Shown here: piece by piece, positions 19,571 through 28,909 of the stretch
Layout of the letters: each line of letters begins with the position of its first letter
How positions within the stretch are numbered: position 1 is the first letter of the stretch
Assembly: GCA_037137755.1 (NCBI GenBank)
Contig: JBAXJR010000003.1
Coordinates: 32,001-96,000 of the forward strand
DNA length: 64,000 bases
DNA from: Methanomicrobiales archaeon
Lineage (GTDB): Archaea > Halobacteriota > Methanomicrobia > Methanomicrobiales > Methanospirillaceae
Direction: 5' to 3'
Notes under the pieces: generated by a model
The model's database searches: none
What the model was told of the DNA's origin: nothing
Seen by the model: only the letters and a program-made list of their open reading frames with translations
Position numbers and translations under genes: made by a program

Positions 19571-20198
19571 CTGCTGATAAATTCCCGGTATGCCACCGGT
19601 TTCTCTTGGTTATCGGTTACAATCGCCTGGTTCAGTTCCTGGAGGTTTTCAATGATTTGTTCCTGTGTTTTTAACCTGGAGCTGGAGGCGTATTTTGAGG
19701 TCATCAGGAGGCCCTTCATTCCCGACCTGTTTTACAAGTTCCTTCAGGTTATCATGGACTATCTCTATCGGGTGACGCAGCCGGTTGGCGGATTCAGTAA
19801 TATAGGCAATCAGGATCCCGTGGTTCGCTTCGATAACCTTTTTTTGACTCGACGAGTTCCTGCTGGTACTTATCCTTTGTTGCAGATATCACGGCGACAA
19901 TTGCCGTGACCAGGATGAACCTCATGGCACGGAGGAGAGGGGGCCAGGTCAGTTCTCCTACTACCTCGAAACTGACTACTATATGCATCACCCCGAGTAC
20001 AATTGCAAGGAATACTGCCCGTTCGTGGTACCAGATGGCGGCAAGTACGAGGAGAATATAAAATACATGGGTATAAGCCGCCTCGATTCCCCAGTAGAGG
20101 TGAATCGTCTATTCAAGGAGCAGGCAGAAGAGGACAAGCAGGACCATGGTGATTTTTTTATTTTCCGGATCCCTAATCCAGTTGAATATTCGATTCAC
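19565..20198 (-). pseudogene. Decayed membrane sensor with a HisKA-like helical hairpin
   Basis: GTG at 20198; TAG at 20109-20111; YTHVFYILLVLAAIWY sensor motif; frameshift in an A7 run (19839-19845) leads into AYITESANRLRHPIEIVHDNL; second shift near 19665. Confidence 0.6.
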
Positions 20199-20571
20199 AG
20201 CATTAATCTCCGTAGTATCTTCTCTGATCAATCAATCGGTACTACGGGCATTTTAGTCCTTTGATACCATTCACCGGGTACTACGCACCGGGTATTTCAT
20301 TACGAAGATGAAAGGGAGGATTACGTTCATCCGTTAAAAATTCAACAACCCCAAGGGTCGATATCCTGGAAAAATCACGGATTGATGAAAATTTTCGTAG
20401 TAAGGCATTCATAAGGGGTACATTGAACCTTCCAGGTGGACAAAATCCCGGGAAAAATGATCGGGAGCAAAAACCGATCACATATCTTTTTTAAAGGAGC
20501 AGATGAGAACCTGTAGGTGAATTGAGGAGTACCGGCCCGGCATCCATGCAAGCCCGATAGTCTGAACCGGA

Positions 20572-21411
20572 ATGAATACCAAAGCAATCGATCAGGCACT
20601 CTATAGTCGCATCGTGAAGGCGACCTGTAATGCCATCAGGCAGGCGCAAATATTTCTCCCTGCTGATGTGAAGTCTGCAATTAATTACGCGATGGAACAG
20701 GAAACCAGTCCCGTAGCAAAAAGTGAGCTCCGCAATATCCTTGATAACCTTTCGCGCGCTGAAGAGTCGAAACTCCCGATATGCCAGGATACCGGGGTAC
20801 CGGTCATATATCTCACACTCCCCCCGGAAGTCCCCTATTGCACCGGGCTGTTTGATGCCATCAGGGATGGTGTCCGGATGGCTACGAATATAGTCCCGCT
20901 CCGCCCGAACGTGGTGGACCCGGTAAGCAGGGAAAATACCGGGGACAATACCGGTACTGGTATGCCGTCTGTTCATGTAAGCCCCGGAAGTCAGCTCACC
21001 ATCACCGTGCTGCCGAAAGGGGCAGGTGCAGAGAACATGTCACGGATAGCAATGCTCCTCCCGTCAGAAAAGGCCGGTATCCCGAAGTTTGTCGCCGAAA
21101 CGATGCTCATCGCAGGGGGCCGGCCCTGCCCGCCGGTAATCCTTGGTGTTGGTATCGGTGGTACTTTTGACCAGGTGGCATCACTTGCCAAAGAAGCATT
21201 GCTTCTCCCGGTGGACACCATGGACCCGTTCGAGCAGGAACTGTGTGATACCGTGAACAAACTGGGAATCGGTCCGATGGGCCTTGGTGGAAATACCACT
21301 GCCCTGGCGGTGAAGGTAAAACGTGCATCCTGTCACACGGCATCCCTACCCGTTGCGGTGAACGTGCAGTGCTGGGCGTCACGGCGTGCCACAGTGGTGG
21401 TGCCCCTGTGA
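20572..21411 (+). CDS. fumA: Fe-S fumarate hydratase, alpha subunit
   Basis: PICQDTG, PKGAGAEN, GRPCPP..LGVGIGG, CHTASLPVAVNVQCWA. Confidence 0.9.
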   Translation: MNTKAIDQALYSRIVKATCNAIRQAQIFLPADVKSAINYAMEQETSPVAKSELRNILDNLSRAEESKLPICQDTGVPVIYLTLPPEVPYCTGLFDAIRDGVRMATNIVPLRPNVVDPVSRENTGDNTGTGMPSVHVSPGSQLTITVLPKGAGAENMSRIAMLLPSEKAGIPKFVAETMLIAGGRPCPPVILGVGIGGTFDQVASLAKEALLLPVDTMDPFEQELCDTVNKLGIGPMGLGGNTTALAVKVKRASCHTASLPVAVNVQCWASRRATVVVPL

Positions 21412-21953
21412 GTACCATTGCGTTACGCACACCGCTTGGTGAGGAAGTCCTGTCCCTTCTGGCCGGCGACAGGGTTACCCTGTCAGGACTTGTCTATACC
21501 GCCCGCGATGAAGCCCACCTGATGATGGAGGAACGCGGGATCCCGTTCGACCCCAAAGGCGCTGCGATTTACCACTGCGGCCCGATAATAATCGATGGAA
21601 AGGTCGTTGCCGCAGGGCCGACCACCTCGGCACGGATGAACAACCTGTCAGGTTTCCTCCTGGATAACGGTGTCAGGGCATTGATTGGAAAGGGTGGGAT
21701 GGGCGAAAAAGTTCGTGGGCAACTCAAAGGACGGGGTGTTTACCTGGCGTTTACGGGCGGTTGTGCAGCCCTCGCCGCATCATGCATGAAATACCGGGGT
21801 ATCTACTACGAGGAGCTTGGCATGGCAGAAGCAGTCTGGGAGCTCGAATTTGACAAGGTGCCGCTGGTGGTCGGTATCGATTCGAAGGGTAACGATCTCT
21901 TTTCAGATGTGAGCTGCAAAGCAAAACTACAATTCAGTTCGCTATTCAAATAA
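21408..21953 (+). CDS. fumB: Fe-S fumarate hydratase, beta subunit
   Basis: GTG start overlapping the fumA stop; TARDEAH, YHCGP, GPTTSARM, IGKGG, LGMAEAVW. Confidence 0.9.
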   Translation: MSTIALRTPLGEEVLSLLAGDRVTLSGLVYTARDEAHLMMEERGIPFDPKGAAIYHCGPIIIDGKVVAAGPTTSARMNNLSGFLLDNGVRALIGKGGMGEKVRGQLKGRGVYLAFTGGCAALAASCMKYRGIYYEELGMAEAVWELEFDKVPLVVGIDSKGNDLFSDVSCKAKLQFSSLFK

Positions 21954-21989
21954 CCTTAGGAATTTAAGTACAAGGAATAGGACACCCGC

Positions 21990-22262
21990 ATGAAGATCGA
22001 GATCGACGAGTCCCGTTGTAAAGGCTGCAACCTCTGCACCGTTGGATGCCCTTACAAGATATTCCAGGCAGGCAAAAAACCGAACCGGAAAGGTATTCTT
22101 GTGCCCCTGCTCGACCGGCCTGAACGCTGTACGAACTGCAGGCTCCGGCACCTGCACGGCAGGGTGCTGTGCGGGGTCTGCCAGATGACATGCCCTGACC
22201 AGGCAATCAGGTTCCGGGAAGAAAACCCCGGCGAGACCGTGAAGGTGGCGATTGAATATTGA
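21990..22262 (+). CDS. korD: 2-oxoglutarate:ferredoxin oxidoreductase delta (ferredoxin) subunit
   Basis: CKGCNLCTVGCP and CTNC...CGVCQMTCPDQAI; directly upstream of korA. Confidence 0.8.
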   Translation: MKIEIDESRCKGCNLCTVGCPYKIFQAGKKPNRKGILVPLLDRPERCTNCRLRHLHGRVLCGVCQMTCPDQAIRFREENPGETVKVAIEY

Positions 22263-23359
22263 GCAAGACTGAATTCATGCAGGGAAATATTGCCTGTGCG
22301 GAAGGTGCCCTTGCCGCGGGGTGCCGGTTCTTCGGTGGGTACCCGATTACACCCTCTACCGAAGTAGCCGAGCATATGGCCGTAAAACTGCCGAAAATCA
22401 ATGGGACGTTCATCCAGATGGAGGATGAGATCGCATCCATGGCCTCGATAATAGGGGCTTCGTGGACCGGTGCACGGGCAATGACCGCTACGAGTGGCCC
22501 TGGATTTTCTCTCATGATGGAAAACATCGGCTACGCGGTGATGACGGAAACTCCCTGCGTTGTAGTAAATATCCAGCGTGGCGGTCCGAGTACCGGCCAG
22601 CCTACCATGGCTGCAGCAGGTGACATGATGCAGTGCCGGTTCGGGTCACATGGTGACTACAGTGCAATCGCCCTCTGTCCATCCAGCGTCCAGGAGATGT
22701 ATGAACTCACGGTGAAGGCCTTTAACCTGGCTGACAGGTTCAGGGTTCCGGTATTCCTGATGGCAGACGAAATTATCGGGCATATGCGTGAACGGATTGT
22801 CATCCCGGACAATGTTGAACATACGCCCAGGAGACCACTCACTCCCGGTATTCTGCCGTTCCACCCCGAAGGTGACCTTGTACCTGGGTTCCCTGAGTTC
22901 GGGAAAGGGTTCGGAGTCCATGTCACCGGCCTTACCCATGATGAACGGGGGTACCCGTGTGCCACGAACCCGAAACTTCATGAACAACTTGTTATGCGCC
23001 TTTTCAATAAGATCGAGAATGCCCGGAAGGAGATTGCCGACTATGTTGTTACGAATCCGGATGCCGAAACGGTTTTCGTCACGTACGGTTCACCTGCCCG
23101 CTCCGTGGAACAGGTTCTCCATGATACGAAAAATAAAAAAATCGGGCATCTCCGCCTGAAGATGGTATGGCCTTTTCCGGAGCATGCAATAGCCGAGTTC
23201 CCGAACGCGGCACGATTCATCATCCCGGAACTGAACCTCGGGCAAATCGCGCGTGAATTTGACCGCCATACTAGGGTCCCCGTAATCCAGGTCCCGAAAC
23301 TAGGCGGAGACCTTCACCTGCCCGCAGAACTGAAAAAACTGGCTGGAGTTGGTGCATGA
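22259..23359 (+). CDS. korA: 2-oxoglutarate:ferredoxin oxidoreductase alpha subunit
   Basis: GYPITPSTE, QMEDEIAS, TATSGPG, QRGGPSTGQPT; sucCD context. Confidence 0.9.
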   Translation: MSKTEFMQGNIACAEGALAAGCRFFGGYPITPSTEVAEHMAVKLPKINGTFIQMEDEIASMASIIGASWTGARAMTATSGPGFSLMMENIGYAVMTETPCVVVNIQRGGPSTGQPTMAAAGDMMQCRFGSHGDYSAIALCPSSVQEMYELTVKAFNLADRFRVPVFLMADEIIGHMRERIVIPDNVEHTPRRPLTPGILPFHPEGDLVPGFPEFGKGFGVHVTGLTHDERGYPCATNPKLHEQLVMRLFNKIENARKEIADYVVTNPDAETVFVTYGSPARSVEQVLHDTKNKKIGHLRLKMVWPFPEHAIAEFPNAARFIIPELNLGQIAREFDRHTRVPVIQVPKLGGDLHLPAELKKLAGVGA

Positions 23360-24144
23360 CGTACGAGGACTGGTTCCGGCAGGACCGCCTGCCGCATATC
23401 TATTGCGCAGGATGCGGGAATGGGACAATCATAAACTGCACCCTCGAAGCCATTGATGAAATGGGCTGGAAAAAGGAAGAAACCGTCTTTGTTTCCGGTA
23501 TCGGCTGTTCATCAAGGGCCCCCGGGTACATTGTCACTGACTCCCTCCATACCACCCACGGCAGGGCCCTCCCGTTTGCAACAGGGGTCAAAATGGCGAA
23601 GCCCGGGTTCCACGTCGTTGTGTTCACCGGTGACGGGGACCTTGCGGCAATCGGGGGTAACCACTTTATCCACGCGTGCCGGAGAAACATCGATATTACG
23701 GTTGTCTGTATGAATAACCAGATTTACGGGATGACTGGGGGGCAGGGAAGTCCGACCACTCCGATGGGGGCTCTCTCTACCACTACGCCGTTTGGCTCGG
23801 CCGAACCAGCCTTCGATCTCTGCGAACTTGCCATCGCCGCGGGTGCGAATTACGTTGCCCGCTGGACTTCCTACCATGTGAAAGAACTCACAAAATCAGT
23901 AAAGGTTGGAATGGAAACACCCGGAATGTCTTTTATAGAAGCAATGGTCCAATGCCCGACAAATTATGGCAGGCGAAACAAATTCAAACAGGTCCTCGAC
24001 CAGGTTGAGTACCTGCGGTCGCATTCGATGCTCAGACAGAAATATCTCCTGCATGAAGAGAGGGGAGAACCTGTTCCTGATGCTACGATTGTCGTCGGGG
24101 AATTTGTAAACCGGAACCGTCCGGTCATGGGGTTACCACGATGA
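23356..24144 (+). CDS. korB: 2-oxoglutarate:ferredoxin oxidoreductase beta subunit
   Basis: CAGCG, SGIGCS, HTTHGRA, GDGD...NN TPP motif, YGMTGGQ.SPT. Confidence 0.9.
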   Translation: MTYEDWFRQDRLPHIYCAGCGNGTIINCTLEAIDEMGWKKEETVFVSGIGCSSRAPGYIVTDSLHTTHGRALPFATGVKMAKPGFHVVVFTGDGDLAAIGGNHFIHACRRNIDITVVCMNNQIYGMTGGQGSPTTPMGALSTTTPFGSAEPAFDLCELAIAAGANYVARWTSYHVKELTKSVKVGMETPGMSFIEAMVQCPTNYGRRNKFKQVLDQVEYLRSHSMLRQKYLLHEERGEPVPDATIVVGEFVNRNRPVMGLPR

Positions 24145-24683
24145 GACACGAAGTACGGTTTTCAGGTTTTGGTGGCCAGGGAATTATCCTGTCTGCCGTT
24201 ATCATTGGGCGTGCCGCCGTGATGTATGACAATAAGTTTGCTGTCCAGACCCAGGTATATGGGCCCGAAGCGCGGGGTGGTGCATCGATGAGCGCTGTAA
24301 TAATCGACGATGAGCCTATTCTTTTCCCAAAAGTCACTGTTCCGGATATCTACGTGATCATGTCACAGGAAGGGTTCGAAAAGTACGGTGCCTCCGCCCC
24401 GGAGGGTGCGGTAATGATTCTCGATTCCACGCTGGTCCATTCGAGGCCGGCCTGTACCTACATCGAGGTAGCGGCAACGAAAGAGGCCAGGGAAAAACTG
24501 GGGCGGGATATTGTTGCCAATATCGTAATGCTCGGTGCACTGGTAGCTGCGACACATGTCGTATCTGAAACAGCAATCGAGCGTGCAATCCTGGACAGTG
24601 TTCCAAAAGGAACTGAAAAGCTGAACCAGAGTGCCCTGACCCGCGGGTTTGAACTTATTAAAGAGAGAGGAACGTCAGCATGA
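24141..24683 (+). CDS. korC: 2-oxoglutarate:ferredoxin oxidoreductase gamma subunit
   Basis: SGFGGQG, YGPEARGG, ANIVMLGA. Confidence 0.88.
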   Translation: MRHEVRFSGFGGQGIILSAVIIGRAAVMYDNKFAVQTQVYGPEARGGASMSAVIIDDEPILFPKVTVPDIYVIMSQEGFEKYGASAPEGAVMILDSTLVHSRPACTYIEVAATKEAREKLGRDIVANIVMLGALVAATHVVSETAIERAILDSVPKGTEKLNQSALTRGFELIKERGTSA

Positions 24684-25765
24684 AGATACTCGAGTATGAA
24701 GCAAAAAAGGTGCTCGCAGAATCGGGCATAACCATTCCGAGGAGTGTTCTCATCAGGTCACCTGATGAACTTGCAGCGCACCTCTCGGCACTACCGGATA
24801 ACCTTGTCTTAAAAGCACAGGTGGATGTTGGTGGAAGAGGGAAGGCAGGGGGAATCCTGATGGCAGATAAGGTCCATGCAATGATGACCGCGAAAGACCT
24901 GTTTTCGCGTGAAATTAAACATATCCCTGTTAAGGAAGTGCTGGTCGAGGAACGGCTCGATATCAGGCATGAATATTACCTGTCTATTGCCGTCGACAGG
25001 TCTACAAAACGTTCGCTTATCCTCTTTGCCGATGCGGGTGGGGTGGAGATTGAAAAGACTGCAAAAGAGAACCCGGACGCAATCCGGCGGGCGTCACTCC
25101 CCCTTATCATGCATGATGTACCGCAGTTCATGGTACGGGACCTCCTTGGGGGTGCACCGAAGGAACTCGGCCCGGTAATTAACCAGCTGTACCATGTATT
25201 CCAGAAGAAAGACGCATTACTCGCAGAGATCAATCCCCTCGTTACGACACCCGAAGGGGTGGTTGCAGCAGATGCCAAGCTGATTGTCGATGATAATGCC
25301 CTGAAAAGGCAGGGTATCACGATAAACCGTGACCTCAGTGAACGGGAACGTGAGGCGGAACGGTTCGGGTTTTCCTATGTCGAACTTGAAGGGACAATTG
25401 GTGTTATCGGCAATGGTGCAGGACTTACGATGTCAACCCTCGACCTGATTGAGTATTATGGTGGCAGGGCCGCCAACTTCCTTGATGTTGGTGGCGGGGC
25501 CGAACAGGAGCGCGTAATGAATGCAGTCCGGCTGGTGGCCAGCGTCCCGTCTGTGAAAGCGATTGTCGTGAACCTGTTAGGGGGTATCACCCGGTGTGAC
25601 GAAGTTGCAAAAGGGATCATCAGCGCGGGAATAACACAACCCGTCATTGTCCGCTTGGCCGGGACAAATGAAGCCGAAGGCCGGAAACTACTTTCAGACA
25701 AAGGGTACCAGATGCCCGACACCATGGAGCAAGTGGTCAAAGCTGCTGTGGAGATGACACGATGA
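24680..25765 (+). CDS. sucC: Succinyl-CoA synthetase beta subunit
   Basis: EYEAK, KAQV..GGRGKAGG, EINPL, NGAGLTM, ANFLDVGGG, RLAGTN. Confidence 0.93.
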   Translation: MKILEYEAKKVLAESGITIPRSVLIRSPDELAAHLSALPDNLVLKAQVDVGGRGKAGGILMADKVHAMMTAKDLFSREIKHIPVKEVLVEERLDIRHEYYLSIAVDRSTKRSLILFADAGGVEIEKTAKENPDAIRRASLPLIMHDVPQFMVRDLLGGAPKELGPVINQLYHVFQKKDALLAEINPLVTTPEGVVAADAKLIVDDNALKRQGITINRDLSEREREAERFGFSYVELEGTIGVIGNGAGLTMSTLDLIEYYGGRAANFLDVGGGAEQERVMNAVRLVASVPSVKAIVVNLLGGITRCDEVAKGIISAGITQPVIVRLAGTNEAEGRKLLSDKGYQMPDTMEQVVKAAVEMTR

Positions 25766-26628
25766 TCTTCGGAGACAAAAAAACAGGCGTAATCGTCACC
25801 GGGGCCACGGGTCACCAGGGGGCCTTCCATATCGCCCTGATGAACGAGTACGCAAAGAGCGTGGGCGGCAGGGGAGTCGTCGCCGGTGTAACACCTGGTA
25901 AGGCTGGGCAGGAAGTCCATGGCGTACCGGTTTACAACAGTATCCGTGATGCGATGAAAGAACATGATGCCGGTGCAAGCGTCCTGTTTGTCCCTGCCTT
26001 CGCAGCCGGGGACTCGATCATGGAATCCGCGAGCGCCGGCCTTTCACTTGTGGTTGCCATTACCGAGCATATCCCGGTCCATGATACCATGAAAGCCATT
26101 TCCTATGCAAAAATGAATGATTGTGACGTAATCGGCCCGAACTGCCCGGGGCTCCTTTCACCCGGGGAGATAAAGATGGGTATTATGCCGGCACAATTAT
26201 TTACTCGGGGTCACATTGGCGTGATTTCGCGAAGCGGAACCCTTACCTACGAAATAGTAGATGAACTTACCCGGGCAGGGCTCGGCCAGAGTACCGTTGT
26301 CGGGATTGGAGGGGACCCTGTTATCGGCCAGACCTTTACCGATGTCCTTGCCAGGTTTTCAGAAGACCGGGAGACAAAAGCGGTCGTTATTATCGGGGAA
26401 GTTGGGGGCGCTCTCGAAGAGGAAGGCGCAAAGTCTGCCGAAATCCCGATTGTTGCCTACATCGCAGGAATATCCGCGCCCCCTGAAAAGCGGATGGGGC
26501 ATGCAGGCGCTATTATCGAGGGTGGAGAAGGCGATGCACGGTCGAAGATTGAACGACTGAAGGCGATGGGAGTCCCGGTTGCATCACGTCCATCAGAAGT
26601 GCCACGGCTGATCCACAACCTGATCTGA
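25762..26628 (+). CDS. sucD: Succinyl-CoA synthetase alpha subunit
   Basis: [34 protein letters not shown]. Confidence 0.95.
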   Translation: MIFGDKKTGVIVTGATGHQGAFHIALMNEYAKSVGGRGVVAGVTPGKAGQEVHGVPVYNSIRDAMKEHDAGASVLFVPAFAAGDSIMESASAGLSLVVAITEHIPVHDTMKAISYAKMNDCDVIGPNCPGLLSPGEIKMGIMPAQLFTRGHIGVISRSGTLTYEIVDELTRAGLGQSTVVGIGGDPVIGQTFTDVLARFSEDRETKAVVIIGEVGGALEEEGAKSAEIPIVAYIAGISAPPEKRMGHAGAIIEGGEGDARSKIERLKAMGVPVASRPSEVPRLIHNLI

Positions 26629-26788
26629 TTTTTTATGGCAAAATATTGGGGACTTCCTGGCAAACCTGGTTTCAATGGTCCGGGACTGCCAGGCACTGCA
26701 CAAATGGGGAACATAAAATAATGAGAATAGGTACACGTATCATTACGTGAGTCCGCATGGCTTGGGAGACGAGAGTTGATGGATACTA

Positions 26789-27532
26789 TTGAGCGGTACG
26801 CAGGTGAGATACATGGTCCAGGCAGATGAATACGATCAGGGTTCCGGGCCGGGACAATACCTGGTACCGGGGGAGATACTACTCCGGTCTTCCATCTCTG
26901 TTGGCATCAAGAAATTCATCTTTAATGCGTACATTACAGATCGGCGGATATTTCTGGTAGACCAGAACGAAAAAAAACCCGGTATAATCTCAAAGGATAT
27001 CCCGCGTGACGTTGTGATGGGCAGCCATCTCGAATCCCCGGGGACCCCCGACCCGTTCCTTGTCCTCACCATCCGGACATCAGAAGACGAAACGAGGACA
27101 ATGAAAATTGCATTTGTCCAGGAAGGTAATGACCGTACCGCAGAGATCGAGGAATGGATCAGTCTCCTTCACGGGAGGCCGTTAAGGCCGGTAAAATCAG
27201 TCATGCGCCACCGCGAAGCCCCTGTCACGGTCCATAAGGATGATTCCCCCCGGGGAAAACCACACGAGAAACAGGTCCCGCCTCAACATACGGTCCATGA
27301 GGCACATGGTTATGGGACAATTCACCAACGAGGCCTCGATAAATCCTGGCCGTTAGAACCTGATAATGTTCCGGTGGCAGCACCCGCATACCCTGTGGAT
27401 GAACGACCCGCTGCAGGGACTGTTCAGGATACAGGTGAAATAGCATTCTGCCACCACTGCGGGAAAAGAGCCCCCCCTGGGGCAAATTTCTGTCCGTTTT
27501 GCGGGACCAAGCTGCATCGCGCTGGCAGTTAG
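26789..27532 (+). CDS. PH-like domain, low-complexity linker and C-terminal zinc ribbon
   Basis: GEILL...AYITDRRIFL (PH/GRAM-like); FCHHCG...GANFCPFCG. Confidence 0.7.
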   Translation: MSGTQVRYMVQADEYDQGSGPGQYLVPGEILLRSSISVGIKKFIFNAYITDRRIFLVDQNEKKPGIISKDIPRDVVMGSHLESPGTPDPFLVLTIRTSEDETRTMKIAFVQEGNDRTAEIEEWISLLHGRPLRPVKSVMRHREAPVTVHKDDSPRGKPHEKQVPPQHTVHEAHGYGTIHQRGLDKSWPLEPDNVPVAAPAYPVDERPAAGTVQDTGEIAFCHHCGKRAPPGANFCPFCGTKLHRAGS

Positions 27533-27605
27533 ACCTGACCCGGGTAACAAGGTCTGGTTATACCCTGATTATCCCTGTTTTTTAAAAGTGCTACAAAGGT
27601 TCTTC

Positions 27606-28664
27606 CTATCTATTTCCTTTCCGGGCGGTTACCATCCTGACATACGTATCCTTGTGGTAATCGTCCCTGATATCCCGGTCATCTATTATTGCAAGACCGT
27701 TTTCCTTCAATGCATCTCTGTATGCAGGTGTCAGGAACGCCTGTTCCTTGGTAAATCCCCCGTGCAGCTTGCTAACCCCCTGGAACGTCCATAACTTATA
27801 TTCAAGGAACTGGAGCGGGTCACGGGGGAGACCTCCCGGGGATTGGATATTCACAAAATACCCACCTTCGTTCAGGGCATTGCTGATTTTAGGTAGCAGT
27901 TCAATGGATTTTCCACTTGGATTGGAAGAGGAGATAATCAGGTCATATCCTTCACCAAATGAGTCAATGAAAAAATCTCCTGGTATCAGGTGCACGTTCT
28001 TCGCGTTGTACTGTTCTAGATAATGTTCTGTAAGCGTGACGACGTGGGGTAAGTCAAACACCCACGCCTCAATATCCGGGCGCTGTGTTCCAACAGCGAT
28101 TGCATAGAGGCCATGTCCGCCTCCAAGGTCCAGTACCCGCCTGACCCGGGAAAAACCGGGGAGATCTATTATTGCACGGATCACCGCCTGCAACCTCCCG
28201 GAGACGGCATTCTCTGCCATCGCAGGAAGTGAGTACTCCCGGAAAAAATTCTCTTTATCGTACTCCTTTGGCCCGTTATGGATAATCCGGGCAAGTGGAG
28301 TCCAGAGGTCCCGTCTCATCTGTGCAAGCTGCCTGATATAATGGACCTGTGAATAGGGGGAACTGCTGGTCAGGTATGTTGATGTCACACCTGTATCTGA
28401 GTAAATCCCGTTATTTTCGGTCAGCAGTCCTTCCACTGCCAGGGCTTCGCAGAGCAGGGTACACATTTCAACATCGGAAGAAATACGGACCGCCAGTTCC
28501 GGCGTGGTCACCGGGGTTGTACACACGTCAAAAACCCCCAGTTCGACTGCAGCACTGATAAGCGAGAACTCCCTCATACCCCGTATCGCTGTATCCAGTT
28601 TTTCAAACAATAGTCCGGGGTCTTCCGGGGGTTCCGTTATGAAGAATGATCGCGTTTCATTCAA
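27606..28664 (-). CDS. SAM-dependent O-methyltransferase (wHTH dimerisation plus Methyltransf_2 domain)
   Basis: AAVELGVFD, VLDLGGGHG, FDLPHV, GDFF. Confidence 0.85.
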   Translation of the reverse strand: MNETRSFFITEPPEDPGLLFEKLDTAIRGMREFSLISAAVELGVFDVCTTPVTTPELAVRISSDVEMCTLLCEALAVEGLLTENNGIYSDTGVTSTYLTSSSPYSQVHYIRQLAQMRRDLWTPLARIIHNGPKEYDKENFFREYSLPAMAENAVSGRLQAVIRAIIDLPGFSRVRRVLDLGGGHGLYAIAVGTQRPDIEAWVFDLPHVVTLTEHYLEQYNAKNVHLIPGDFFIDSFGEGYDLIISSSNPSGKSIELLPKISNALNEGGYFVNIQSPGGLPRDPLQFLEYKLWTFQGVSKLHGGFTKEQAFLTPAYRDALKENGLAIIDDRDIRDDYHKDTYVRMVTARKGNR

Positions 28665-28909
28665 TTCATTCCACCTGAAAGGTGATCTGCACCTGCTACA
28701 GGTTATAGTATCTTATCTGGCGGGATTGGTATAGGGACTATAAAACCGCTATTCCGATATGGTATCATGTGCACAAGAAATTTCCCGGTGGGTCTTTTGT
28801 TCCCTGGTAACGCCGCCACAATGGGGGCCACGGTCTTTTTCAGGCAACGGGTGTGCACAAGGAACCGGTCAACTACAAACCTATAATATACTCTGATTGA
28901 GAACTTTTA

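Noticed and set aside
20109-20111. In-frame TAG as a pyrrolysine codon
   Set aside because: The same module also has frameshifts and a TAA, which fits decay; no pyl genes seen
28665-28909. c-di-AMP or other riboswitch upstream of kup
   Set aside because: No recognisable consensus elements
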